Below, piece by piece: positions 26,400-38,100 of a DNA stretch of 64,000 nt (positions are counted from its first letter, which is position 1; every line of letters begins with the position of its first letter). The DNA is from Botryllus schlosseri (Eukaryota): assembly GCA_051294905.1 (NCBI GenBank), contig CM119375.1:9920001-9984000 (forward strand), given 5' to 3'. Made by a program: the position numbers and the translations under genes. Below the pieces are notes generated by a model. The model had not been told where the DNA came from. It saw only the letters and a program-made list of their open reading frames with translations, and did not search any database.

Positions 26400-27359
26400 T
26401 AGGGATGGTGTGAACCTCTGAAAGGTTCAGGTTCGTGTGAACGCGAACCTTTTTGAAAGGTTCTGTGTGAACACGAACGTGAACCTCATGACGTCAGATG
26501 ACGTCATATTGCTAAAATTCCAGTCCTATCTTTTCATGAAGTGACAGGCTTTGTACACGATACCTAGCGACGACTCGGGCCACATAATTCACAATACTGA
26601 AGTCCATATTAGCGTTTTAAACCGTCGCCAAATTTATCAACTGAGGCAATTAATCATATAATAATCCCATAAATTAAATATCTTCCGACGCTTTACCTAC
26701 AATTTCGACGAGGACTTGCCAGGGAATATAAGCTTGCGACCTAAAAGTCTAGGCCAGACCGGACAATGCATTCGGTGTCTGATTATTGCTACATTGATAT
26801 TGAGCAGAGTGTAAAACGGGTTTCTATACTTGCTCTTGAAATTTTACTACAAGTTATACAGCTGTAGCCAACAGCTCAATCACACGGATTTGGTTCCAAT
26901 GATACAGTAAACCTGCTATATTTGTTGCATCAGAAAACGATATCAATCTCATTTATTGGTCGGGTAAGCATCATTCGCTGACTCCATGTAGTTTTCGCTC
27001 TTGATGTCGTGTGATTGCGGGCTAATATCGCAGCAGAGAGTCACTAAATTTTCACAACCGGAAAGCTGGATATTTCGAGCAAACTTTTACAACAAAGCAA
27101 GTAAAGTTTTTGAGATTGTCAATGGGCATGCTCGTTTTGTGTTGATTTTTGGTGCTACCAGCATCATGCACATAGAGTGACCCGCAGTTGAAATGCAATA
27201 AATTCAAACCAAAGAGGTATTCATGAAGTGAAAATTGTAATATATGAAAAAAGTTCACAGTGCAGAACCTACCAAGGTTCTGTTGTGAACGCGAACCTCT
27301 AAATTTCCGAGGTTCACATACAGAACGCGAACGTGAACCTCACGTTCACACCATCCCTA
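26400..27359. mobile_element. TAGGGATGG-ended non-autonomous hAT-like element
   Basis: TAGGGATGGTGTGAAC ... GTTCACACCATCCCTA; perfect TSD CTCCTCAG; GAACGCGAAC/GTGAACCT subterminal repeats. Confidence 0.9.
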
Positions 27360-28655
27360 CTCCTCAGTACCGAGATGACTGCGATTTTATTTTTTTGAAA
27401 TGCTCAGAACTGAAAGTCATCTGAAGAAGGGCAAATGAATGTGATATATATATAGAGAGAGACCGCATCCCGAAAATCGACGATTTGCTATTATATATGC
27501 TACAATGTCTGTGTCGCGTTCATGGATATATCCCTGGTCGCTGTTCACAAATCTGAACGGAATAATCGCCGCCAGACAGAACTCTTGATTACCGGACCAC
27601 GATCTCACATATCGACATCGTACATACACTCCCATTTTATCTAATCTTGAATTACTTTTCCGTCAACGAGCATGCCTCTTATTTTAGTGTTCAGTCCAAC
27701 GTGAGTGTCTGATTTAATAAAACGACACCAAATCGCTTCGACACCATCATATCCTTTCATTATGTCGCAATTTCATGATGTTTTGAACTGATAAGATTTC
27801 TAAATGAATAAATAACGGACGAGGTTATTTAAATATATTATTCGATTTCGTGGAATCTATACTATATTAATAGCGTATAGCTTGAAAGCGATGTTTTTGC
27901 TTGATGCGAAAGGGCATTTATATGACAATACGCGAACATTTGTTCGAATCATGCGATGTTGCTTCTCGATTAAGCTCGCCACAGTTTAACAAACCCGGAA
28001 AAGCGTTTTAGATGTCAATCTCCATGAACCTTTTCATCCGACTTGGCCCGCCATTAATTAAAGCGAATGCGTGGGTCGCGAGCTCGACCAGCATCTCTCT
28101 CTGGTGATGTCACCTCGACTCGCATACCTTGCGCTCGTGATGACGCATTCGTTGGTTACGTGTCAATGCGTCTCAAGCACGCGCACTTTGTATGCTATAT
28201 CAACCGCTGGTCATTGTGCAATGATTCTTCTTGGAATGTATATGCCCCCCGAAGTTTCGAAAGTAACACTGCCGGTACGTACCGCTTTCTGGTATCACTT
28301 TCGATACGAAGTCGTCGCCATATGCGAAACTTTTACAATAGTCAAACATCAGCTATACTTTCATCCGGGATTTGGAATTATTGCAAAATGCCGTAACGGT
28401 TATAATTTATTGCCCAAACATCAGATAATACAGTGCATATATAGTAGAAATGTACATGAAGCATAAAGTTTTGTTAAAACATTCAACCAACTGTTTATAC
28501 GGAACAAGTGAAACGCAAACGTAATATTTTGAATCCATTCCGGCGTGCATATAATAATGTCACATCCGACTACAAAATTAAGAGTTTTTCGTTGAAGATG
28601 GGTATGTCAAATTGATCTTCACCATGAAGAAGCTAAAATTCCGTTCCACCCGTCG

Positions 28656-29328
28656 TCAGCAACAGCAGCAGCAACAGCAGTCTGCAGCTTCGGTAGCTGC
28701 CGTGCCGCCGGGTACGCAGCAGCACGCAGATTTACAACCACAGCAAAAGATGCACTTGAGACACTGCGACAATAAACGTTCGGTAAGCTTGTGAGATTAC
28801 AGATGGTTCAATTGTTCAACACATAGACATATATAATATTTAGGATCAAAGTCGAATTCCCCGTGCATATGGAAGTCGAAGTAGGATTTGGAATGGTGGT
28901 GCAATTTCCGCACGAAATTCGTTTTGAATGTGAATTCTGAAAATAAATGGCCAATTTGTACTGAAATCGTTATTTGGATTTGAAAATTGTAATACCGATC
29001 ATTACAACAGTCCAGTGGCCGGTGTCAATTTCTAATTTCAATGGATTCACAAATCATTTCATAAACCCATCCCATTGCGCTTATCAAAGCACGTAACCTT
29101 CGCCCGACAAAATACCAGTTGGCTACGACACCTCTGGAACCGATTGTGCCTCTCTGCAAGCGCTATGCAGAGGATATGATGCATGGAGCTATAAAAAAGG
29201 TGTTCCGGGGAATACTTCGTAGCGTAAACAATGCCAATGAATCACAATTTGTAACTGTTCAACTTCTTAGCATAGTCAATCCACAACATTTTTACCTTCA
29301 AGAAACCCTTGCAAATTTCACAGCACAT
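28656..29328 (-). CDS. Cys-rich micro-protein 2 (46 aa, 18 Cys): MCCEICKGFLKCLKCIFCCGCKSACCCVPGGTAATEAADCCCCCCC
   Basis: Exons 29328-29296 (AAG|GTAAAA) and 28763-28656 (TTGTCGCAG|TGT ... TGA), 532-nt intron. Colinear with gene 1, including branch region TCTCACAA.CTTACCGAA and the 3' UTR end; AATAAA at 28411-28406. Confidence 0.85.
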
Positions 29329-30218
29329 TCTGCTTTCGGGAGGTAATGTAGCGGATCAGCAATAACTCAAACTAGGTTAAATCCGGATTCGGTCAATTAT
29401 CGAGCTGAAAAAAATATCGTAAATAATATCTAGTATTTTTGTAAGGAATCTAAGCTGCGATTCCGGTTCTTCGAATCAACCAGCGGATTCCAATGTTGAT
29501 TTGTCTAATGCCCCTCCAGCTGCCTTACTTTACTCACGCCCCGGTTCTGTAGCATTGCGTTGGTATAAACATTGCCGAAAGTTGTGTAATTTCAAGCCGC
29601 TTCTGGTAGCGCTAGCATAATACTACTTACTAGCGACCGTTGCTTTGTGCTGACATATAAACAATAAATCACCGAAAATACTCTATTCACTGAACAATCG
29701 TTTTGTCCGCGACACAATATCCTCTAAGCTTCGTATACTGGATGGACCGTTGGTCTTATTATTGACGACTGGTACTTGGGGTTATGATACCAATCCACTA
29801 AAATCGTAGGACCATGGATAATGCCGGAAGGAGCAAAAGTTGTCTTCCACAGTTTTGCGCTCATAGATATGTCCCCATGAAGATGAAACCATTGAACTAT
29901 TTGCTTGTCACTGTCGGTAATGTTTGATTTAAGTCACGCAGTACAGGGCCAGGTTCTCCTGTTATGCAATTCTGAATGTTTCTAGTAAAATTGCTGTAAG
30001 TTTTGTATAGGAGATATTCTAATCAGTGCAGAACATCGCCAATACAATGAACGGATAGGAATTAGGAAGGTGGCGAAACGTTAATCACAGTCTAGCCAGA
30101 TCCTACGATAACTTATCTAAAGCTCAGGTCTAACTTCTATAACTCTCTAACTATGTTCGGTCGGAGTCATCGGATCATTCCCAGCACTCGTTGGATTTTA
30201 TTATTATTGGGTCATTAG

Positions 30219-31078
30219 TAGGGCGATTTTTTTGACATGTCCAAAAAAATTCAAAATTTGGTCAAAATTGTAGCTTTAGGTGAAAAAATGTCTAAATTGT
30301 TTACAAAGTTGAAACTTTTTTGCAACCTGCATTTCGTTTGTATCGTAGATTTTGCACCGTCGGTGAACTTATCATTTGACATTTTACAGCTTGTAATGTA
30401 GCCTACTTTAGGCCTACCGCTGTGGATGCCTCATTGTCTGCTCATTGTGAATCATAAACATTCAAATGAAACAAATAGGTTGATATGGTGTTATGATCAA
30501 CGTACCGCAATATCCCAACTGAAGCAAGACGGCATGGGCATTGCATGGTTCTTATATCAAGAAGCGGATGATGAAAATTGTGATGTAGACACCATTGCCA
30601 AAATGAAGCAACACGCTTTGTCACCAGCAGTGTATGTACATAATGCACAACTTCAGTGTTTTCAGCCAACAACTGCTGTTGTAGGACGTTTTTTCCTCTC
30701 ATTCCTGGCAAGCTATTTAGTAAGGACAGCCACTTTCTATACGGGAAAGTAGGAAATTATCTTTCTATATAGACTACAACAAATTTTAATTATTTTTACC
30801 ATAATGCGAAATGTAACTACTGGAATTCTTCATAGGGCCAGATTTCGTTAAAATATAGCTTTTTCATGTAAACATTTTTCAGTTTTTGAGGAAAAAAGTT
30901 TTTTTCAGGCCAAACTACTTCCCAAGGACAGACAGCTCCAATCAGAAATGAAGATAAGTAGTGCAATTCTTACATTATGTGGGAAACACCTAATTTGCAT
31001 ACGTTAGGTCAAATTTGCTTAAAATTAAGATTTTTAAGGTCGAAACCTTCTGTTTTTTAGGTAAAAAAAATCGCCCTA
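30219..31078. mobile_element. TAGGGCGATTTTTTT-ended non-autonomous element
   Basis: TAGGGCGATTTTTTT ... AAAAAAAATCGCCCTA; perfect TSD GTCATTAG. Confidence 0.9.
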
Positions 31079-32134
31079 GTCATTAGGATATGTTGGGATC
31101 AGCCTTGAGAATCCACTATCGTATTAGCTTTTGACTGACATGAATTTCGCTCTCTATAATCGCTTACATACCTGTATCGCCACTGTAAATTTTTGACACT
31201 TTGGTTTCCCTTTATAGGTTTACCATATTTGAGAAGGCTAAATAACGAACAATTTACTGATATTACTTAAGTGGATCAATGGACCAAATTTCCTACTTAA
31301 TTAGAAGTACCGAGGTACGAGCTATTCCAAAACTAATTTCTAATTTTCAAAATCCAAAGTGCCTTAATACTTGGTAAGTAGAAATGGAAGTAGTCTTAAA
31401 ACTATTTGCATAAGTGCAAGTATTTAAAAAGGTAGGCTACTCGTTACTTCCTGCCTGTGCTAATGGGCAGCTATACTTGGAACAATGGAAAGATGAATAC
31501 TGCGCTGAGTATAGAGAGGCACTACTATCGGCTGTTCCAGACGTCAGTGTTGGTTCATGCACCAACAGCTCAGCAGTACACACATGTGTAACATTTATAG
31601 GGTGACGTTGGAAATGAAGAGCAATTCAGTGCACAACCAGCAGTACTAATCCCTCAATCACATTGCTACCTCCAAGTTGGAGGCTCCAACGGCAGGGTTT
31701 ACCTTTACGCGGAGTGGACCCACGCGATATGTAGGCTACCCAGGACGCTGTATATACCTAAACGGTCACTGGGTATCAGTAGAGTATAATTATGACGGAA
31801 AGTATTTGGTAGCTCGGACAGAAATGAGGTAAGTTCTGTAATCCATCTGGGTGCACACTGCACATATGAGTCCTTCTGAAAGTCTAACATGAAACGCGTC
31901 GTAGTGCCATATATTTCAATAAAAGGTCTCTACGGTAGTGAAGCCACGTTGGCCGGGAAAAATAAGGTGACAGTTTGGTATTGCCACTAACGGCATGGAC
32001 GAGGACAAAATCGTTGGCAACCTCAAAAAATAAAAGCACATCACATCACGACAGCTGTATTAAATGTTCATCAGAAATATACAAAACGCCAAGAAGGGGA
32101 CCACAGTGTTCATAAGTAACATGGAAGGTAAGCT

Positions 32135-35100
32135 TTAATCGTCATCATCCCAACAGCAGCAGCAGCAGCATTTACAACAAGCGTAACAGCACGCTACTTC
32201 GGCACAACAAGGGCAGCATGTGAAAAAGGCAGTTCCACAGCAGCAGCAGCAGACGGACTTGAAGCACTAAAAGCAAAGCGTCCATTACTAATGCTTACTT
32301 TTCACTCGATGGTGGTTAACTAATCGACAAGATTTGTCAGACTACGTGTGACGTCACATGGAGTGACGGCACACCACAATACGGGCATGTGGAATAAGCG
32401 ATTATACCAGTGGTTCCCAACCTTTTTCCACTCACGTACCGTTTCGAGGTTTTATGCAGTGCTCGCGTACCACCTACATAAGTTACGTTCGCCGAAGGCG
32501 GTCAAAAATAGATTCCCGCCATTTATGACGTCATAATCACGTATTTGATCTATGTGAGCGAGGTGTAAAAACAAAACTAGACATTATCGGCTAGGGTTGA
32601 TGAATTAATGGAATTTGTTTTTCACCACCAGTCACAAGAAGAACAACATAATGAAATTACAACAAACAGCAAAAGTCAATTTATTTAATGCGACGGCTGC
32701 GTTTGTTTATATTTTCCACTAGCTGGTCGATGCGTGGCATACGTTTTCTCAGAAGCGTAACAGCACTTCGTCAGTCCTACCCAAAACAACGCTGGTCTTG
32801 GGCCCCATAGCATAGGGTGATCAACCAAATTCGGGGGGTTGACCCCAGACAGCCCATCAGGTTAGTCGTGTTCGCCGTGACTTATCACCGACATTTATTG
32901 TACCGAGAGACGCATTACTCCGCCTAAACGCGCAAAGCGCGAAAATTTTCGAAAATTCATGATTGAATTGGTAAATATGATCGGGAATTGCATATATGTT
33001 ACTATCAATTTTTTTATCCTCCCTGCTCACGTAATCAGATTTCCCGTTAGAGCCGAATAAGGTGTCTTGGAAACGGTAGGGCTCGCAAATAATAATTTAA
33101 CATATTCGGGCGATATAATAACTCCATCACACGATGTTGTTTCTTGACCTCCTGTCTGCTATGTCAAAAGATATTGAAATCGCCCCACCGTACTAAACTA
33201 GAAGACGCACACGATTTCAAAGAGGTATTTCGTCACTGGCTATTAAATATTCCTTGTGGGTAGGCATTTGTTTTGCGAGGTTCAGATTTCCAGGACAGGA
33301 ACATTCGGAGCCAGTAATTTAGGCGCCTATGGACATTAAACATGTAGGCTTATGTATATATATTGAAGTTTTCGGTCAGAATAAGGGCAGTTGTTTTCGG
33401 CCCAAGTTTTTTTGCCGCCGATCGTTCTGGCACACTTCTCGGAGTCGGAACTTAATTTATGCTTATTTAAGAATTGATTTTGGGCCCCTTCAAGCTCCCC
33501 CCCCCAGTTGGGGGGTTTGAGGTGTGGCAGTTACAGTCTTGCGTTTTCTCACAGCGCATCGAAAGTCATGCACGGGCACAACAAGTCAGTTTCGTTTTTT
33601 AGACGAGGATGAAAATCCTTACTCGCTCTTCTACGTAGAAGGGAAAATTAGCAGATGGGGAATAGCCTGAGAAGCTAGCGTCTAGTGCGAGGAGGCCTTG
33701 CTAAGCCAGAAGTTTATTGGAGAACAATATTTGTGTTTCGGCTTTGCTGACTGGTCCACCTGAACTAATACCTCCCTTCGGTCTAAAGAAAAACAGAATC
33801 TACTCGCGTACCACCTGGAAGACCTTCGCGTACCACTAGTGGTACGCGTACCACAGGTTGGGAACCACTGGATTATACGATACTAATACACCTAATAGGA
33901 AAGAAGCAATGGACTTATACCGCTGATCTGTGAACATCACACTCTATATCAGTGGTTCTCAAGCTTTTTCACTGTGGGAGCCATTTTATGAACCTCAACT
34001 CTGTCGGGAGCCGCATGATGGCACGAATAACGTAATTTATTGAGAATAGAAAAATATCATCAAAAATGGTATCAACGAAATGGTGTACGGCTAAAATAGC
34101 GACGGCCTTAATAGCGACGGCCAAAACACCGACTGGCCACAACAGCGACGGCCATAACAGCGACGGCCAAAACCGCGATTGGCTCAAACAGCGACGGCCA
34201 AAACAAATACGACAATTTCCCCAGACGACACTGTGACAGCGGGCACTCCCCATACGGACAACTTCCGAAACGACGTTACCCAGCCACGTCCCTTCACCGA
34301 TGGTATACCGAGGTATACCCTTCACCGTTGAAGCCGATTGCGGATGATTTACAATTTACATTCTTCCAGATAGTAAATAGATAGTGATCACCACAGATTT
34401 AGCGTCACAACATGTTTATTGAGACTTAATCCACAATCTTTCTGAGTTCCGAGAGCATGTGAATTGAGTTTGGATGAACAAGGCGTGACGCTAAATCTGT
34501 GGTGATCACTATCTATTTTGCAACTTAGTGCGAAACTTGAAATTGAATTTGATTTTTCACAAGTTTGTCATAACGAGGTTTCATCGTGGAGGAAGCTGTG
34601 CACAAGAGCTGTTTCAGATGACGATCAGTCAATCGGTTGCGATATTTGCTTTTGATCCTCACTAATTTGCTGAAAAGGGCTTCACATACATAGGTTGAAC
34701 CGAACATGCAGGCATTCTTCGATGCGTTAGCTATCAGGTTGGGGTATTTTTCTTCAGGAACAGCACCCCAAAATTCAAGGAGTCCATTGCTTTGAAACAA
34801 CAGTCGCAATTCTATATCGGACTGCAAGTCCAGCAGTTCCATCTGAAAAATATCAGGGGCAGTGGCGGCATCTACTGCCATTGGGTTTGAAAATATATTC
34901 ATCAGGGGTACGGAATGATGCATTCCCTCTATTCGACGTTTAAACCCGTCAATCAAGGTACTAATAACCTGGTCATATGTTTTGAATGATCCATTCTGTC
35001 GGTGGTTTGAAAGCGTTACAAAATGTGTCGTAACACCCTCCTCTAGGTGCTTTCTCCAAAGACACAATTTCTCAATGAAACCAGACACTGTCCCGTACCA

Positions 35101-38100
35101 GGCGTGACAGAGCTTGTTATTTCCTTGTAAGTTCCGATTTAGTGACGACAGGTGTGAGGTAATATCCACCATGAACGCCAAGTCAGCAACCCAGTGTTCG
35201 TTTCCCAACTGAGGGATGTCTTTCTTTCCTTCGACAAATATTTTAATCTCAGGAAGTAGCGCGTAAAATCTTTTGAGGCATGCAGCTCGGCTTAGCCATC
35301 GTACAGCGGTGAACATGATCAAGTCTCCATGGTCAGCATCAATATCGGTGAGAAAAGCCTTGAATTTTCGATGGTTAAGTGCGTTTGCTCGAATCCAATT
35401 TACGGTCGATATTACTATATCTGTCACATTGGACATCTTTAATGATTTAGCAACAAGACTTTCCTGGTGTATAATGCAGTGTTGCCAAGTCACAGCGTCA
35501 AGATTCTGTTCAGCACGCCATTTGTTGACGAGTCCTTGAAGACCTAGATTTTTGCCGAGCATTGCTGGGCAGCCATCTGTCGCCAATGAATATAATTTCG
35601 ATGGGTCTAAATGCGCTTCTTGAAGAGTAGCATGAAATTCACGAAACATGTCGGTTCCCTTCGTTGTGCCATGAATAGATCGCAAAGTAAGAAACTCCTC
35701 GCAAATCTTGAAATCTGGCATGACTCCCCGGATGAATACAGCTAATTGCTCTATGTCGGTAATGTCGTTAGTGCTGTCAAGAGCAAGCGAGTAGTAAGAA
35801 AAATCTTGCGACTTGTGAATAAGTTGCTCATGCAGATCTTGGGATATGCAATCGACACGACGCGTTACTGTATCATTGCTAAGCTGCAATTTTTTAGCTT
35901 TCTGCTGAATGGCAGGAGAACAATTGTCTTCGGTAAACAAAACAATAGCCTGCTTCGTAATTTCGCCATCAGAATATGGCTTCATATTGCAGGCCAATAG
36001 ATGACTGATCTTATATGATGTTATTGTTACCTCTTCGGGTTCTTTTTTTTTTAAAAACATTTTTCCTTGTTTGCTACGCTCTGCTTTCAGACATTCTAAC
36101 TTCCGTTTCCTTGATTCACCTTGATAGACGTCGTATTTTCCCGCATGTGTTTTATAATGCCTCTTAACGTTGAAAGATTTTACACCGTTTATTATTATAG
36201 GGCACAGAAGGCATTTCGCTTTGCCGTTTTCCTCAATTTGAAAATACGCCTCTTCCCATTCACTTTGAAAGGCCCGATTTTCTTGCACAAGGGTGCGAGA
36301 TTTCTTTGCAGGTTGATCTGAACCTGACATTATCATTGAACCAAAGTCTCCGATATTTTCTAACGCTATCAAGATCAAAGCAAAGAGTAAGAAAATAAAG
36401 TACCTGCAGTTACCCCAAACGTTGATTGTCTTATTGACCGAGTCTCTTGTCACCCGTATTCTAATATGAGCCGCCGTCTCGAGCGAAATAAACTTCGCCC
36501 GTCTCATTACAGACACCTGATTAGGCTTAGGTCAGACGGTCAGAGCCTTCAGTAAAGCAGTAAAGGTTCGGATTTAAAGCCTACCGAAATTACTATCGGT
36601 AATGTTACGTCACAACCCGTACAACTTGTATTACGTAGGATTCTATTGTGATCAGGGAATGACCTTCGCGTCAGTAAACGTGAACATAAACGTACATTTG
36701 TTGTGTTGAAGGCGCGATTTATTTATGATCATGAATAATTAGAATTTCCGTAGAAGCATCAATGATTTCACATCGTTAGTGAGAGCCGCACGGAGAGCAG
36801 TCGAGAGCCGCATGCGGCTCGGAGAGCCGCGGTTGAGAATCACTGCTCTATATTTATAGTAACATGATTCTTTACATGTTATAGCTGTTCATCGATTGGG
36901 AAAACATTTTGGGATGCCGATATTATGACGTAATTTAATTGCAGATATCAAACTGAAAGCATATGATAACTTGGATGCTCAACAATGTTTTACTTAGACC
37001 AAACACATTGTAGACGACATAAATAATTCGCTATCGACGACGCTTCCCACGGTGCGTGGACAAATGCGCATTCGACAGAAGAGCACGCGACACTTGAGCA
37101 TAGCGACTTTTCCTAACTTCGGCCACGCGTTGGCATAGAGACACAGTAGCATGGCGACACTTACACACGGTGACTTTTTATCATGACGACGGCTGAGCAT
37201 AGGTACGCATGCGCTTGCGCATGGGTACGCATGAGCAATTGAGCATGGTGACACATGAGCATGGGGTCAAATAAGCATGGTGACACATGAGCATTGGGAC
37301 TCATCGGCATGCCAAAGTTACACGTGCGCATGGGAACACATGAGCATTGAGCATGCGACATTACAGCATGCTACACTTGAGCACATCTGCATGTGGTAAA
37401 ATGCGCACGGGCACACATCAGCATGGTGATAGCAGCATGGTAATCAGCATGTGACACATTAGCATGCTATATTTCAGCATGGCGACTCATCAACATGGTG
37501 ACAGGTGAACACGGTGACAAGTGAGCATGCGGCAGATACGCGTGCGATATTTCAGCATGCGACGCTTGAGCACATCTGCGTGGGGTGGGGAGTGGGGACA
37601 TATCGGCATAATATTGGTAATTACATATATTGCAATTAATTTTTAACCCTCTCTCAGCCTTCGTGATCAGATTTACCGGCAGAGCTGCGGGAGGTGGTAC
37701 GTTTCAAATAGCAGGCACAGGACTATTTCGCGCCTGCCCCCTAGGTGCCTATATTGATGCTTTCGGCCAACATGCGGCGGTAATTTTTGGCTAAGGTTTT
37801 ATTAGGTGACACACACAAGGTCGCAAGTTGGCCGAAACCTCGAAAGTCCTGGTGTGACGTGGAACGATAATGGCCGGTATCGAAATGTATATTTTTTAAT
37901 GAATGATGCATATTTTTTGGGGGGCGCAAAGGGTACCCAATCCATATTAAAAAAAATTAATTTCAATAAATCGTGCCAGGCGCGAAGAAAATTGTGAAGT
38001 TGTGTCAATTTCCCACAAAATACTCTATAATTTATGTTGATTTGAAAAATAATTTTGCGCCCGTTTTGATCTAGCCCTACCGAATTTGTCACCCCCTTGC

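Larger units (their letters stand above)
33950..36845 (-). mobile_element. Full-length autonomous-looking hAT transposon (Buster/Charlie/SPIN group)
   Basis: TIRs CAGTGGTTCTCAA / TTGAGAATCACTG (1 mismatch); perfect TSD CTCTATAT at 33942-33949 and 36846-36853; GAGAGCCGC subterminal repeats; intact ORF. Confidence 0.95.

Noticed and set aside
28067-28466. 109-aa and 131-aa + strand ORFs
   Set aside because: No recognisable motif or splice context; they overlap or abut the 3' end of gene 2.
22700-28660. TGA directly after the poly-Cys runs of genes 1 and 2 as selenocysteine or readthrough
   Set aside because: The frames stay open for 25-29 codons but are poorly conserved as protein, and I see no shared SECIS-like AUGA/AA/GA structure in the two 3' UTRs.
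22735-32270. Poly-Q ORFs on the + strand (22735-22932, 28612-28794, CAG runs at 32150-32250) and the Ala/Val-rich minus ORF 22703-22984
   Set aside because: They are antisense or off-frame shadows of the Cys (TGC/TGT) exons. Splice sites, synonymous changes and poly(A) signals support only the minus-strand Cys frame.
32267-32390. Nearby first exon for gene 3 (donor GTAAGC at about 32298, or ATG CCC|GTATTG at 32388)
   Set aside because: The first gives a 32-nt intron and an in-frame TGA. The second has a weak donor and no family resemblance; 40074-40045 fits much better.
36851-36858. TATAAATA on the minus strand overlapping the hAT TSD, read as a promoter split by the insertion
   Set aside because: Gene 3's first exon maps further upstream, so the site is intronic. 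TA-centred AT-rich targets are expected for this transposase.
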